Source: Guillardia theta CCMP2712
Taxonomy: Eukaryota; Protista; Cryptophyta
Assembly (NCBI RefSeq): GCF_000315625.1
Contig: NW_005434535.1
Coordinates: forward strand, 29,237 to 90,454
Direction of reading: 5' to 3'
DNA length: 61,218 nucleotides
The first letter of the stretch is position 1; the number at the start of each line of letters is the position of its first letter. The position numbers and the translations under genes were made by a program. The notes under the pieces were generated by a model, which did no database searches, was not told where the DNA came from, and was given only the letters and a program-made list of their open reading frames with translations. Positions 37,393 to 48,577 of the stretch are shown here, piece after piece.

Positions 37393-39114
37393 TCACAGCA
37401 AGTTGGCGTTGCGCTGCATCCTCAAGATCTGCTCGGCGATGGCTACCACCGGCAGGAACTTCTCCTCGATGTCCTTCGCCAACAGCCGGAGCCTCTGCTC
37501 TCCCTCCAGCGTCTTCTGCATCCCTTCCATCGTCTCGCTCTGCCAGAACTTGTCGTCACTCCTTCCTCTTCCTGCCTCCTCCACCACCACCACCACCACC
37601 ACCACCTCCTCCTCCTCCTCCTCCTCCTCCTCCTCCTCCTCCTCCTCACCGCGAAGAGGTCAGGCTCCATGTCGTCTATCAGCATGTCGTAGCCTCTCCC
37701 TGCGATGGCATGCTTCGAGACAGCCATCAGAGCACTGCTGTCATGCTCCACGGCATTTTCAAACTCTCTCCTGCTGACCTGCCCAGCTAAGGCTCAGCGG
37801 CAACGAACGGGAAGAGGAGAGGTTGACCCACCGGAATGATGCAGCTGTTAAAGGCGATCACCCGGCCAGCGGCGTCAAACTCCTGCTGCTGCAACAGCTT
37901 TGCTACGAGGCAAGAGGAAGCTTGGTTTTCTCGAAGGTCCCTCACCCTCACGAAGCTTTCAAAGGGCTTGCTGGGATGCAGGGTCAGGGACAAAGTTCCG
38001 AGCATGGCATAGCAGAAATAGCTGAACTCCGTGGTCATGATAGGGAGCTCCCGGCTCCCCAGCCTTGAGATCATCTCCTCCACATGCAGCCCAAGCATCC
38101 GAGAGAGACTTTCCGACACGTACACCTCAGTCCGCCTCCCCGTCACGGGATCGATGCTCAGCCTGGCAACGCCGACCTCACTGATGGCGTTGTAGAAGAT
38201 TTGCTTAATCTGACTCGCGTTCCTCGCGTCTGAAGTTCCATCCAATGGAGCCTGCGCAGCCTTCGCCTTATGGAACTGCATGATGACTTCAATCGCATGG
38301 AAGGCCCGTCTCGTCACGATCTCCAGGTATGGCGGGAGCGTGTGAAACACCCTCATCAGCTGCCTCGCATCGAACCCGAACATGCACTGTTGCGAGAGCA
38401 GAAAGCTCGGCCACCCCATCTTGACCACTCGCTCTTCCAGGAGCGAAGCTTGATCGAATTGGATCGCTCGAGTGTTGAAGTTGAGCGGCCATTCTACAGT
38501 CGTCAACCCCTTAGCACGAGTCCTCTGCATCTCCCCTCCCTTCCGTTCAGCCCCTCCCTCCCGTGCAGTCCCTCCTTCCAACACAGCCTTTCCTTCCCGC
38601 GCACTTCCTCCTCCCTCACTCGCAGTCCTCACTCGCCTTGCATTCCGCCTGGTCATTGCCGGCACTGCCTCCTGCTCATCGTCGACGCACATAGCCTCCT
38701 TCCCCAGCCTCACGCAGCGTGAGCATGGCCGCTGGTCATCGCACTTGGTCTTGATGCTCCGACACACTACACAAGCGATGCCGGCCCTCTTGCTGCCGCC
38801 ATACCCTGCCTCTTGGGACCTTCTGATCCGGACACACTTGTGCGATAGTCCGAACCCAACACACCTGCAGGGACTCTGTGACCTCCTTCACTCCCTCGGC
38901 TCCCTCACCTCGAACACGGCTGCTGCTCGTCACATTTCTGCTTCGCATCTCTGCAGGGCTTACAGGCAACCCTCATCCGAGGCTGCCTGCTTGCTGGGAG
39001 CTCCTCTGCATTGCCCCCAGAGTCCTCCTCCCCGCTAGTCACTGACCGCCCTGCTGATCCGCTCTCCTCGCCCTTGATCCCCGACGCAGATCCATCCTCC
39101 CTCACAATCATCAT
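37393..39114 (-). CDS. Tandem Zn(II)2Cys6 + PAS-like transcription factor, paralog 3 (diverged)
   Basis: MMIVRED...RVACKPCRDAKQKCDEQQPCSR, 44-nt intron 38908-38865 at the same position as in paralogs 1 and 2, then CVGFGLSHKC...ACVVCRSIKTKCDDQRPCSRCVRLGKEAMC. VYVSESLSRMLGLHVEEM...QQQEFDAAGRVIAFNSCIIP; last exon ...LPVVAIAEQILRMQRNANLL*. Confidence 0.88.
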
Positions 39115-39249
39115 GGTTCCCTAGCCGTGGCCCTCGTGAAAAAGCTGCTGCGTCCTGTCCTCTTCTCCTCAAGCCTCCCCATGCGAGCTCTGATGAGCAT
39201 CCTTCCCCACCTGTGAGCTCAGCGCTTCAACTTCATGTGACTGCTGAGT

Positions 39250-39356
<107 letters not shown>

Positions 39357-40299
39357 TCTTTATCCCCCATCCTCTCCCCCTCCCCCTCCCACTCCCCCCT
39401 CTCCCTACCTGTCTGTTCTGGAGAGTGTGCATTTTGACTGAAAAGAAAAGGCAAACCGGAGCAAACAAAGGAGGACGAGGATAAAGCCTACAAACCCGCC
39501 TCAATAAAATACTAGGAAAACGGAAAAGGCAGCGAAAACCGCTCCTCCAACCACTGAGTGACTGGCATGCAAGCCGCCCGACACTGAGCAGCCGTTGTCA
39601 TGGATGACTGTATCAGACCTCATGAGGCCTTCGAAGCAGGCCGCATGGATATCGCAGTCAGCTTCAAGAAAATCGCAGTCAGCTTCAAGAAAACGCAAAC
39701 GGAATGAGAGATTAACATAGGAAGGGTGTGAAATGAATGCCTATTTCATGGTGTATGATTGAATGATACCGCTCTTCGCACATTCCGACCTTCGATGAAT
39801 GACATGAAAGGTAGAAAGGGAGTGACTTGAAATGTCACCAATGACTCGATGATGCTAGAACCATTCATGATACGCCCGGCCCGGCTCACCTTTCGCAATC
39901 AACAAAGCAGCATCCTATGCTGATGTGGCGGCATTACTCGCTCCTCTTTGGACCTTTTTCACTGATCAATGATGGCCATGAAGATTGTATCTGACGGTAC
40001 GGTGACCGTATTCAAAGTACATCATCTAATGTCACTGACTGAGTGTTGAAGTTGCTGGCAAAGTACCTCATGCAGTATAGGGTGATGGGGAACTCAGGGC
40101 CCCCTAAGTATTAATGAAATCTTACAGATATCATTAAAATGTCACTTTCCAGCACATGACATGACAAGAAGGAGGTCCACCATTACATCGAAGAGGATCA
40201 TACGAACGGTACTGGACGAGAACTCTGTATCTTGGACAGGTTGGAATCTGCCATTTGTGGCATTATTTTCTCTGAAATATTGAAACAGGGAATGCCCCA

Positions 40300-41115
40300 A
40301 GAGTTTACCCTATTCATTTCGATCAATTAGACGCAGACTATTTATCATTTCTGTATGTGGATCACGCATCTGCTAAGCGTTTCACCGAACAATGGTTTTG
40401 CAACTTACAGTAATCATCGATCGGCAATAAACAGCTTTTTCAGAGATTTTCAGAAAGACCTACGGCTGGAATTCAAGAATGCTCTTCAAGAATGTTACGT
40501 TGGCCTCAAGAAAGATTTGAATCAGATGGATGCAACAAGTGTGCTGGAGATAACAACAGGCAAAGAACCTATGAGCATGACAACCTATCGTTTGTTTTGC
40601 AAAACCATGATGTTTTCCGACAAGAGATATTACATCTTCGCTCGCAACTTTCTCATCATTTGTTGGAATCTTATGTGTCGCGCTGGAAACGCCGAATCTA
40701 TTCACTTCAACGGTTCAACCACATGTGCTGGAATGAAGATCGTCTCCAAACTTTCTTTGCCCACTCGAAAACAGATCAGAGCGGTGACAAGCCTGGAGAC
40801 CCCAAGAGACTCTATGCAAATCCAGTCCATCCAGAGATCTGTCCCATATTGGCATTGGGAATTTATTTGCTTTTGCTATCTACCAGATGAACTCTCCCTG
40901 TTTCCAGGCAGATCGCGTTTCGTGCAGGTTCTTTCGAAAATAATGATGCCACAGAATCAATCAGCAGCCCCGAGTGACACTGATGAGACCGCGGAAAGGC
41001 ATGATGATCATAATGGTATGGATGCAGATCAGACTGCAGTGACTGCCCATCTGCGTTCACTCGGTTTATAACCAGAGGATCTTGGAAGTCTGTTACTCTA
41101 TTAGGAAGAGGGCAG
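40300..41115 (+). pseudogene. Crypton (CryptonS-like) tyrosine recombinase, frameshifted, copy 1
   Basis: TYSNHRSAINSFFR, GKEPMSMTTYRLFCK, FARNFLIICWNLMCRAGN (catalytic Arg box), HMCWNEDRL..FFAHSKTDQSG..PGDPKRLYANPVHPEICPILALGIY, LFPG..RF, and a disrupted DLGS.SIRK (HxxR box). At least 3 frameshifts or stops; the catalytic-Tyr segment was not found. Confidence 0.8.
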
Positions 41116-41466
41116 TGAGAATATGAGATCAGTGTGCGTTGCAAACGAGCTATGTGTTTCAGATGCAACGATCAATCAGACCGCGGCGCAAGTTTCGAGT
41201 TATGCTTTTGTCCTTGAAGAGTTGGGAGCTTGACACCGGGAACCTTTTGACCTCAACCATCGCTTGCCAAATCGCACGCCTAGTTTGAAGCACTTTACTG
41301 ATAATGCATGAACCATGCCGCTCAGTCACACTATCATCACGGCTGTCATCAGGGCCTCACGCCTTCCAGCGCGGCTGATCGCTCCGGGCCCCAGGCAGCT
41401 CCGAGCGCTTTGAGCCTTGTACGGTCCGAGTCCTTCCTGTGAGCCCTGGTTGATGTCCGATCAAGC

Positions 41467-42309
41467 TCAGCTGCCAGGCTTCGAGGGCGAGGCTGGTTGG
41501 ATCTTGCCGTTGGCTAATCGACATACGATCTTTCCCCCGTCGTCGATGAGGAAAACATCCATGTCTCTTGCAATGGACCCGAGGCCCTGCAACTTCAAGA
41601 GCACGCATGCGATCGCCTGGGCGAGCGGCGATGGCCCTCCGACGAAGTAGCCGGCTGGTGCTTTCACGCGAGAATGCAAAGGCTTGGAGATCTCATGCAT
41701 CAGGCCTGAAAGCTCGTTTGCTACTGATGCGTGGCTGCAGGCCAGGTTGTACTGGTTTGCAAGCTGATTGCACACGCTCACGCAATCTGGTCGAAGCTTA
41801 CGCGATTTGCGTTGCTTTGGATTTTGCAGCAGATGTTTAGCGATGAAATGATCGAGCGCTTGCGTTGTAGTCATGCCAGGAAATTTGCGAAGCAAGCCGA
41901 TCTCGATCAAGGCTCTGTTGTTGAGCACTGCATGTCGGCTGGATTCTGTCTGAAGGCATTTCTCCCTCGCCTCAGCTAAGGAACGGCGTGTATCCTGAAG
42001 CAAACCCTGAGATATCTCCAGCTGCGCTGCCTTGTCCTTCTTGAGCTCTTGTAGCTGCGCTTGCTTGTCATTGTACATTTCTTCTAGCGCTGTGAAAGCA
42101 TTATTCAAGTTTTCGCGATGATCTGGGGCAATGAGGACTCGATTCAACGCATTTTGGAATATCATTTTCAGCGGCTGCAACGCTGCGCCGCATGTTTCTT
42201 GCTGTCTCTCACCAGCATACTCTTTCTTCTTGTCTGTTCTCCTCTTCTTTCTCCGGTCCATTTGTACATGTTCTCCACGTCTCTTCCCAATACCACATGT
42301 GCTCGACAT
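41467..42309 (-). CDS. Intronless cargo gene: basic N-terminus, coiled coil and unknown globular C-terminal domain (280 aa), copy 1
   Basis: Intact ORF with an NLS-like RRKKRR, a QLQELKKDKAA coiled coil and a C-terminal domain (VLNNRALIEIGL...GLMHEISKPLH...YFVGGPSPLAQAIACVL). The frame is also intact in copy 2. Confidence 0.7.
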   Translation of the reverse strand: MSSTCGIGKRRGEHVQMDRRKKRRTDKKKEYAGERQQETCGAALQPLKMIFQNALNRVLIAPDHRENLNNAFTALEEMYNDKQAQLQELKKDKAAQLEISQGLLQDTRRSLAEAREKCLQTESSRHAVLNNRALIEIGLLRKFPGMTTTQALDHFIAKHLLQNPKQRKSRKLRPDCVSVCNQLANQYNLACSHASVANELSGLMHEISKPLHSRVKAPAGYFVGGPSPLAQAIACVLLKLQGLGSIARDMDVFLIDDGGKIVCRLANGKIQPASPSKPGS

Positions 42310-42959
42310 TCTCGTACGCCAAAGGTTTGTGGCTCTTATCCACCCCTTGATATTGCACTTCCACCACCACCCCCTACCCTGATCGGATCATGGATGTAGG
42401 TAGCTTTCTGTCGGAAACTGACGGGTGGGTGGGGTGGGTACTCCACCCACCATACAAAGGTTAAAGACGCGACTGGGAAAAGGGCGGGAAGGATCAGCAA
42501 ACTTGTCACTGCGAGTCAAGTTCCTGAGGCATCCAATCATGGTCATGTTCCTGTGATGTTCCGGAGGCATGTGATGGTACCGTTCGCTCTCAGGCTCCGA
42601 CGACTTTGACTTTACATTGGCCCGGCCGGAGTGCAAGCTAGTGACATTGGTTACAACTTAGCTCGTCCCCGCGATACAGCATGTTGCGAACTTGGGAACG
42701 TTTTCATCATACTCAAGAACCGTGGCATACTAGGCTTAGAAAGCTGTTTGAATTACACCAAACTCGTGCTCTCAGCCGCGCCGAGTTCAATGGCACAACA
42801 CTCAAATACTCATGGCAAACAAAGCAATGAGTGAAATAACAACAACCTCTTGAATGACGGGCAGGGCAGCGACAACGCAGAAAGGGAGAGGACTGGTGAG
42901 GCTGCCGCAAGCGAGGCAGCCTCCGGCGAAGCAGGCGACGTTGAAGCAACCGCTGCCAT

Positions 42960-43386
42960 AGACATATGATGCATGGATTCTCTGGCACTTTGGAAATGCA
43001 GGGCGAGGACATAAACCTTTCAAACAAGTGAGGGGCACAGATTTCTCCCCAGCAACCTCGGACGGTCGAAGGCTGAGTGATGTGCGATACCTCATCAAAG
43101 TGATAGACAGAGAAGCAAGAGCCTTGAGCATTTACAATAGCGATCTAGATAAGGAAGAAGCAGACTTCATATATCAGCAATGTGAGAATGTCTTGATGGA
43201 AGAATACGAGCGAGTCACAAGATTGAGAGACTGGAGGCGATAGATGGACGATTCTCTGAGTTGTCATGGATGACAGTGTCAGACCTCATGAGGCCTTCGA
43301 AGCAGGCCGCATGGATATCGCAGTCAGCTTCAAGAAAATCGCAGTCAGCTTCAAGAAAACGCAAACGGAATGAGAGATTAACATAG
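42960..43386 (+). pseudogene. C-terminal (GCR1_C-like) portion of the Crypton ORF, spanning the unit 1/unit 2 junction
   Basis: YDAWILWHFGNAGRGHKPFKQVRGTDF...RRLSDVRYLIKVID...RLRDWRR*, then LSWMTVSDLM...RKRKRNERLT*. This resembles from memory the W.LW..G..PF...DF...RLSD.R.L...LSW.TV tail of stramenopile-type Cryptons. Confidence 0.6.
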
Positions 43387-43965
43387 GAAGGGTGTGAAAT
43401 GAATGCCTATTTCATGGTGTATGATTGAATGATACCGCTCTTCGCACATTCCGCCCTTCGATGAATGACATGAAAGGTAGAAAGGGAGTGACTTGAAATG
43501 TCACCAATGACTCGATGATGCTAGAACCATTCATGATACGCCCGGCCCGGCTCACCTTTCGCAATCAACAAAGCAGCATCCTATGCTGATGTGGCGGCAT
43601 TACTCGCTCCTCTTTGGACCTTTTTCACTGATCAATGATGGCCATGAAGATTGTATCTGACGGTACGGTGACCGTATTCAAAGTACATCATCTAATGTCA
43701 CTGACTGAGTGTTGAAGTTGCTGGCAAAGTACCTCATGCAGTATAGGGTGATGGGGAACTCAGGGCCCCCTAAGTATTAATGAAATCTTACAGATATCAT
43801 TAAAATGTCACTTTCCAGCACATGACATGACAAGAAGGAGGTCCACCCTTACATCGAAGAGGATCATACGAACGGTACTGGACGAGAACTCTGTATCTTG
43901 GACAGGTTGGAATCTGCCATTTGTGGCATTATTTTCTCTGAAATATTGAAACAGGGAATGCCCCA

Positions 43966-44782
43966 AGAGTTTACCCTATTCATTTCGATCAATTAGACGC
44001 AGACTATTTATCATTTCTGTATGTGGATCACGCATCTGCTAAGCGTTTCACCGAACAATGGTTTTGCAACTTACAGTAATCATCGATCGGCAATAAACAG
44101 CTTTTTCAGAGATTTTCAGAAAGACCTACGGCTGGAATTCAAGAATGCTCTTCAAGAATGTTACGTTGGCCTCAAGAAAGATTTGAATCAGATGGATGCA
44201 ACAAGTGTGCTGGAGATAACAACAGGCAAAGAACCTATGAGCATGACAACCTATCGTTTGTTTTGCAAAACCATGATGTTTTCCGACAAGAGATATTACA
44301 TCTTCGCTCGCAACTTTCTCATCATTTGTTGGAATCTTATGTGTCGCGCTGGAAACGCCGAATCTATTCACTTCAACGGTTCAACCACATGTGCTGGAAT
44401 GAAGATCGTCTCCAAACTTTCTTTTGCCCACTCGAAAACAGATCAGAGCGGTGACAAGCCTGGAGACCCCAACAGACTCTATGCAAATCCAGTCCATCCA
44501 GAGATCTGTCCCATATTGGCATTGGGAATTTATTTGCTTTTGCTATCTACCAGATGAACTCTCCCTGTTTCCAGGCAGATCGCGTTTCGTGCAGGTTCTT
44601 TCGAAAATAATGATGCCACAGAATCAATCAGCAGCCCCGAGTGACACTGATGAGACCGCGGAAAGGCATGATGATCATAATGGTATGGATGCAGATCAGA
44701 CTGCAGTGACTGCCCATCTGCGTTCACTCGGTTTATAACCAGAGGATCTTGGAAGTCTGTTACTCTATTAGGAAGAGGGCAG
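43966..44782 (+). pseudogene. Crypton tyrosine recombinase, frameshifted, copy 2
   Basis: Same motifs as copy 1. One extra T (tttcttttgcc, ~44420) rejoins WNLMCR and AHSKTDQ into one ORF (44021-44557). Confidence 0.8.
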
Positions 44783-45133
44783 TGAGAATATGAGATCAGT
44801 GTGCGTTGCAAACGAGCTATGTGTTTCAGATGCAACGATCAATCAGACCGCGGCGCAAGTTTCGAGTTATGCTTTTGTCCTTGAAGAGTTGGGAGCTTGA
44901 CACCGGGAACCTTTTGACCTCAACCATCGCTTGCCAAATCGCACGCCTAGTTTGAAGCACTTTACTGATAATGCATGAACCATGCCGCTCAGTCACACTA
45001 TCATCACGGCTGTCATCAGGGCCTCACGCCTTCCAGCGCGGCTGATCGCTCCGGGCCCCAGGCAGCTCCGAGCGCTTTGAGCCTTGTACGGTCCGAGTCC
45101 TTCCTGTGAGCCCTGGTTGATGTCCGATCAAGC

Positions 45134-46099
45134 TCAGCTGCCAGGCTTCGAGGGCGAGGCTGGTTGGATCTTGCCGTTGGCTAATCGACATACGATCTTT
45201 CCCCCGTCGTCGATGAGGAAAACATCCATGTCTCTTGCAATGGACCCGAGGCCCTGCAACTTCAAGAGCACGCATGCGATCGCCTGGGCGAGCGGCGATG
45301 GCCCTCCGACGAAGTAGCCGGCTGGTGCTTTCATGCGAGAATGCACAGGCTTGGAGATCTCATGCATCAGGCCTGAAAGCTCGTTTGCTACTGATGCGTG
45401 GCTGCAGGCCAGGTTGTACTGGTTTGCAAGCTGATTGCACACGCTCACGCAATCTGGTCGAAGCTTACGCGATTTGCGTTGCTTTGGATTTTGCAGCAGA
45501 TGTTTAGCGATGAAATGATCGAGCGCTTGCGTTGTAGTCATGCCAGGAAATTTGCGAAGCAAGCCGATCTCGATCAAGGCTCTGTTGTTGAGCACTGCAT
45601 GTCGGCTGGATTCTGTCTGAAGGCATTTCTCCCTCGCCTCAGCTAAGGAACGGCGTGTATCCTGAAGCAACCCCTGAGATATCTCCAGCTGCGCTGCCTT
45701 GTGCTTCTGGAGCGCTGCCTTGTCCTTCTTGAGCTCTTGTAGCTGCGCTGCCTTGTCCTTCTTGAGCTCTTGTAGCTGCGCTGCCTTGTCCTTCTTGAGC
45801 TCTTGTAGCTGCGCTTGCTTGTCATTGTACATTTCTTCTAGCGCTGTGAAAGCATTATTCAAGTTTTCGCGATGATCTGGGGCAATGAGGACTCGATTCA
45901 ACGCATTTTGGAATATCATTTTCAGCGGCTGCAACGCTGCGCCGCATGTTTCTTGCTGTCTCTCACCAGCATACTCTTTCTTCTTGTCTGTTCTCCTCTC
46001 ACCAGCATACTCTTTCTTCTTGTCTGTTCTCCTCTTCTTTCTCCGGTCCATTTGTACATGTTCTTCACGTCTCTTCCCAATACCACATGTGCTCGACAT
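45134..46099 (-). CDS. Cargo gene copy 2 with in-frame repeat expansions (open frame extends upstream to 46381)
   Basis: Same protein as 41467-42309 plus a duplicated 12-aa RRTDKKKEYAGE, three QLQELKKDKAA units and an extra AALQKHK-type unit. Confidence 0.7.
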   Translation of the reverse strand: MSSTCGIGKRREEHVQMDRRKKRRTDKKKEYAGERRTDKKKEYAGERQQETCGAALQPLKMIFQNALNRVLIAPDHRENLNNAFTALEEMYNDKQAQLQELKKDKAAQLQELKKDKAAQLQELKKDKAALQKHKAAQLEISQGLLQDTRRSLAEAREKCLQTESSRHAVLNNRALIEIGLLRKFPGMTTTQALDHFIAKHLLQNPKQRKSRKLRPDCVSVCNQLANQYNLACSHASVANELSGLMHEISKPVHSRMKAPAGYFVGGPSPLAQAIACVLLKLQGLGSIARDMDVFLIDDGGKIVCRLANGKIQPASPSKPGS

Positions 46100-46616
46100 C
46101 GTAGGCAGGTTTGTGGCTTTCGCTTCTCCACCCCTTGATATTGCACTTCCACCACCACCCCCTACCCTGATCGGATCATGGATGTAGGTAGCTTTCTGTC
46201 GGAAACTGACGGGTGGGTGGGGTGGGTACTCCACCCACCATACAAAGGTTAAAGACTCGACTGGGAAAAGGGCGGGGAGGATCAGCAAACTTAACTTTGA
46301 GTAAAGAGCAAACTTGTCAGTGCGAGTCAAGTTCCTGAGGCATCCAATCATGGTCATGTTCCTGTGATGTTCCGGAGGCATGTGATGGTACCGTTCGCTC
46401 TCACTGAGTCAGGCTCCCGCAACTGTGACTTGAACCCCCCGCGCCACCCCGGGCCCGGGCCGCCGACTCTGGCGGCAGCCGGGCGTCCGACTCCGGCGTG
46501 AGCCGGTCCCAGAGGAAGTTCCGACCCGGGCCGCGCCCGGGCACTCAGTGACTGGCCAGGCAGCCAGCCGGGGGCCGCTGTCCGGTGATCCCGGCTACCG
46601 TAGCCTAGTAGTGTTC

Positions 46617-48577
46617 CATTCTGTAGGATTTTGGCCGTCAGGAGGGTAGTCCCTGGGAATCGAGGGGTGGTTTAGGGATTTCAGTTATTTGTACCAGGTA
46701 ATTTGAGACCTTACGAAATTGATTTGAAATGTTCACTAGAATAATTTTTATATGTCGATAACAGTACAAAGTGAAAAATATTTTATTTTGCTGCCTCATT
46801 GTCCTTTACCCCTTCCCTGATGCTGGCATAGATGCAAACTATCTGCTGATGCTGATGTGGACCATTGGATGAGAAGCAGCTGAGAGAGACAATGACACAG
46901 GTGAACCAGAAGCTCAACATGCATGTGTGCTGGAAGGCTTGCGACGGATGTGTGATTCGGAAGCTTACATGTGTGCTTTGAGTTTTTCAATGAGAGTTTT
47001 CCTCCAAAATATTTTATTTTGCTGCCTCCTTGTCCTTTGCTGATGTGGACCATTGGATGAGAAGCAGTTGAGAGAGACAATGACACAGAAGGTATCGCAG
47101 ATATCTGGAAGCCATGCAGCCCAATGATCGTTGTGAGAGCATTCAAACGGATAATCTCCGTGTTTCACTTCCCTTGTTACAACACTGCGCGCTGGAGAGT
47201 TCACAGATACTCTGCAGAGATGACTAGCTTCTCAAGAGACTTTCAGATAGAATTCCAGCAAGAAAAGCATGCAGGCTTGATTTTGACATATATATTCCTG
47301 GATTCAAATGAATAATTGCTGTGTCGCAGAAAATTATTGTTGATGCAAAGCTTGACATCTGACTTGCAGCGAAAAGCAGCACACTTGCTGCTCAGATGCA
47401 GAGATGTTAAACCAAGCTTTATTTGAGAGGACCCTCAACTTTGGTTTAGTAAACTATCGTTAAGCTCAAATTTAATCTACCATATTGAGTGGAGGAGGTT
47501 ATCTAACATATGGAAACACACTCTGACAATCTGATTATCACGATCAGAAAATCACAAGTGTTGCATGAATCAGTATCGTAGACCATAAATTTTATAGGAG
47601 AACATCCGCTTCGCACCTGCCTAGAACATTTAAAATGAGGCTACCTACATCTGATTGATGGTACAATGCAGCTATGAGGAAAGCTTCACGCATTTGGGAA
47701 ATTTCCTCAAATTTTTCCTGGCCCAAACTTTCTTCATTGTCACGAGTCTTTCCATACCATCTTCGAAGAAGCAACATCCTCTTCATACATTTACATGTGT
47801 CCATGCTTCTTCATACGTTTGCATGTGTCCATGTTAACTGTTGCAGGTTCTGACAGAAATCCTGTGTAAACCTCAGAATGTGCTTCATAGGGGTTGAGAA
47901 GGTAAATATGACTGGGCGGCTCATCTGCATGAAAATCTTCAAGGCTATTCAAAACTTTCCAAACATGAGGAGGATACGATTTATCCTAGACAAACACATG
48001 ACGACAACGCTTTGTGTTGTGTTGCTCCCGGCATGTAACATGCCAAAGCCCCATTGACGGTGAAATTCGCATCCTTGCTTGCCATGCAGTGTTGCTTGTA
48101 GAAAGAGAATGCTTGGGATCTCGAGAGACTCTGCTCAATCATCACAATCTCATGCTCTGTTGTAGAATGATGCCATTCCAAACATGAATCCTCTTTGGCT
48201 GCGGTGGGACGATTTCCACCCACCCCACATAGATTTTGGGCTAAGCAGTACCGGTATGTTGTGACATTCTGTACGGGATTGGAAGTTCCTGGTAACAATA
48301 TGTAAACATCATGTATCTGTTTATATATATAAAAATAAATAAAACGAAAATGGTACAAATGTCTAACTGACTCATACAAAAATAGCTATCAGATATTTGA
48401 ACAAAAACACGCTGTATTAAAAACTAATTCAACGACCCCTCTCAAACAATCCAGGTACCACCACCCCCTTATTCAGGGGAAACCACCGGGTCATTAGTCA
48501 TAACCGGTACTGGGAGATCGAGAACTGACAAAAAGCCACTTTTCCTTGGTTTTTCCTGGGCGAAATCCTACAGAATG
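46617..48577. mobile_element. ~1.96-kb non-autonomous or degenerate DNA transposon with 15-bp perfect TIRs
   Basis: cattctgtaggattt (46617-46631) and aaatcctacagaatg (48563-48577). AT-rich interior with an internal direct repeat (~46776-46900 vs ~47007-47088). Absent at the equivalent site in unit 1. No clean TSD or intact transposase seen. Confidence 0.75.

Larger units (their letters stand above)
39594..43259 (+). mobile_element. Crypton-type tyrosine-recombinase element derivative, tandem unit 1 (3666 bp), with antisense cargo gene
   Basis: 39594 onward recurs at 43260 (offset 3666; ORF 40355 corresponds to 44021). The unit contains a YR pseudogene, a cargo ORF and a Crypton-like C-terminal domain. 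Confidence 0.8.

Noticed and set aside
46796-48379. Intact transposase or Fanzor/TnpB inside the TIR element
   Set aside because: Only short broken ORFs; no DDE or RuvC motifs recognisable by eye.
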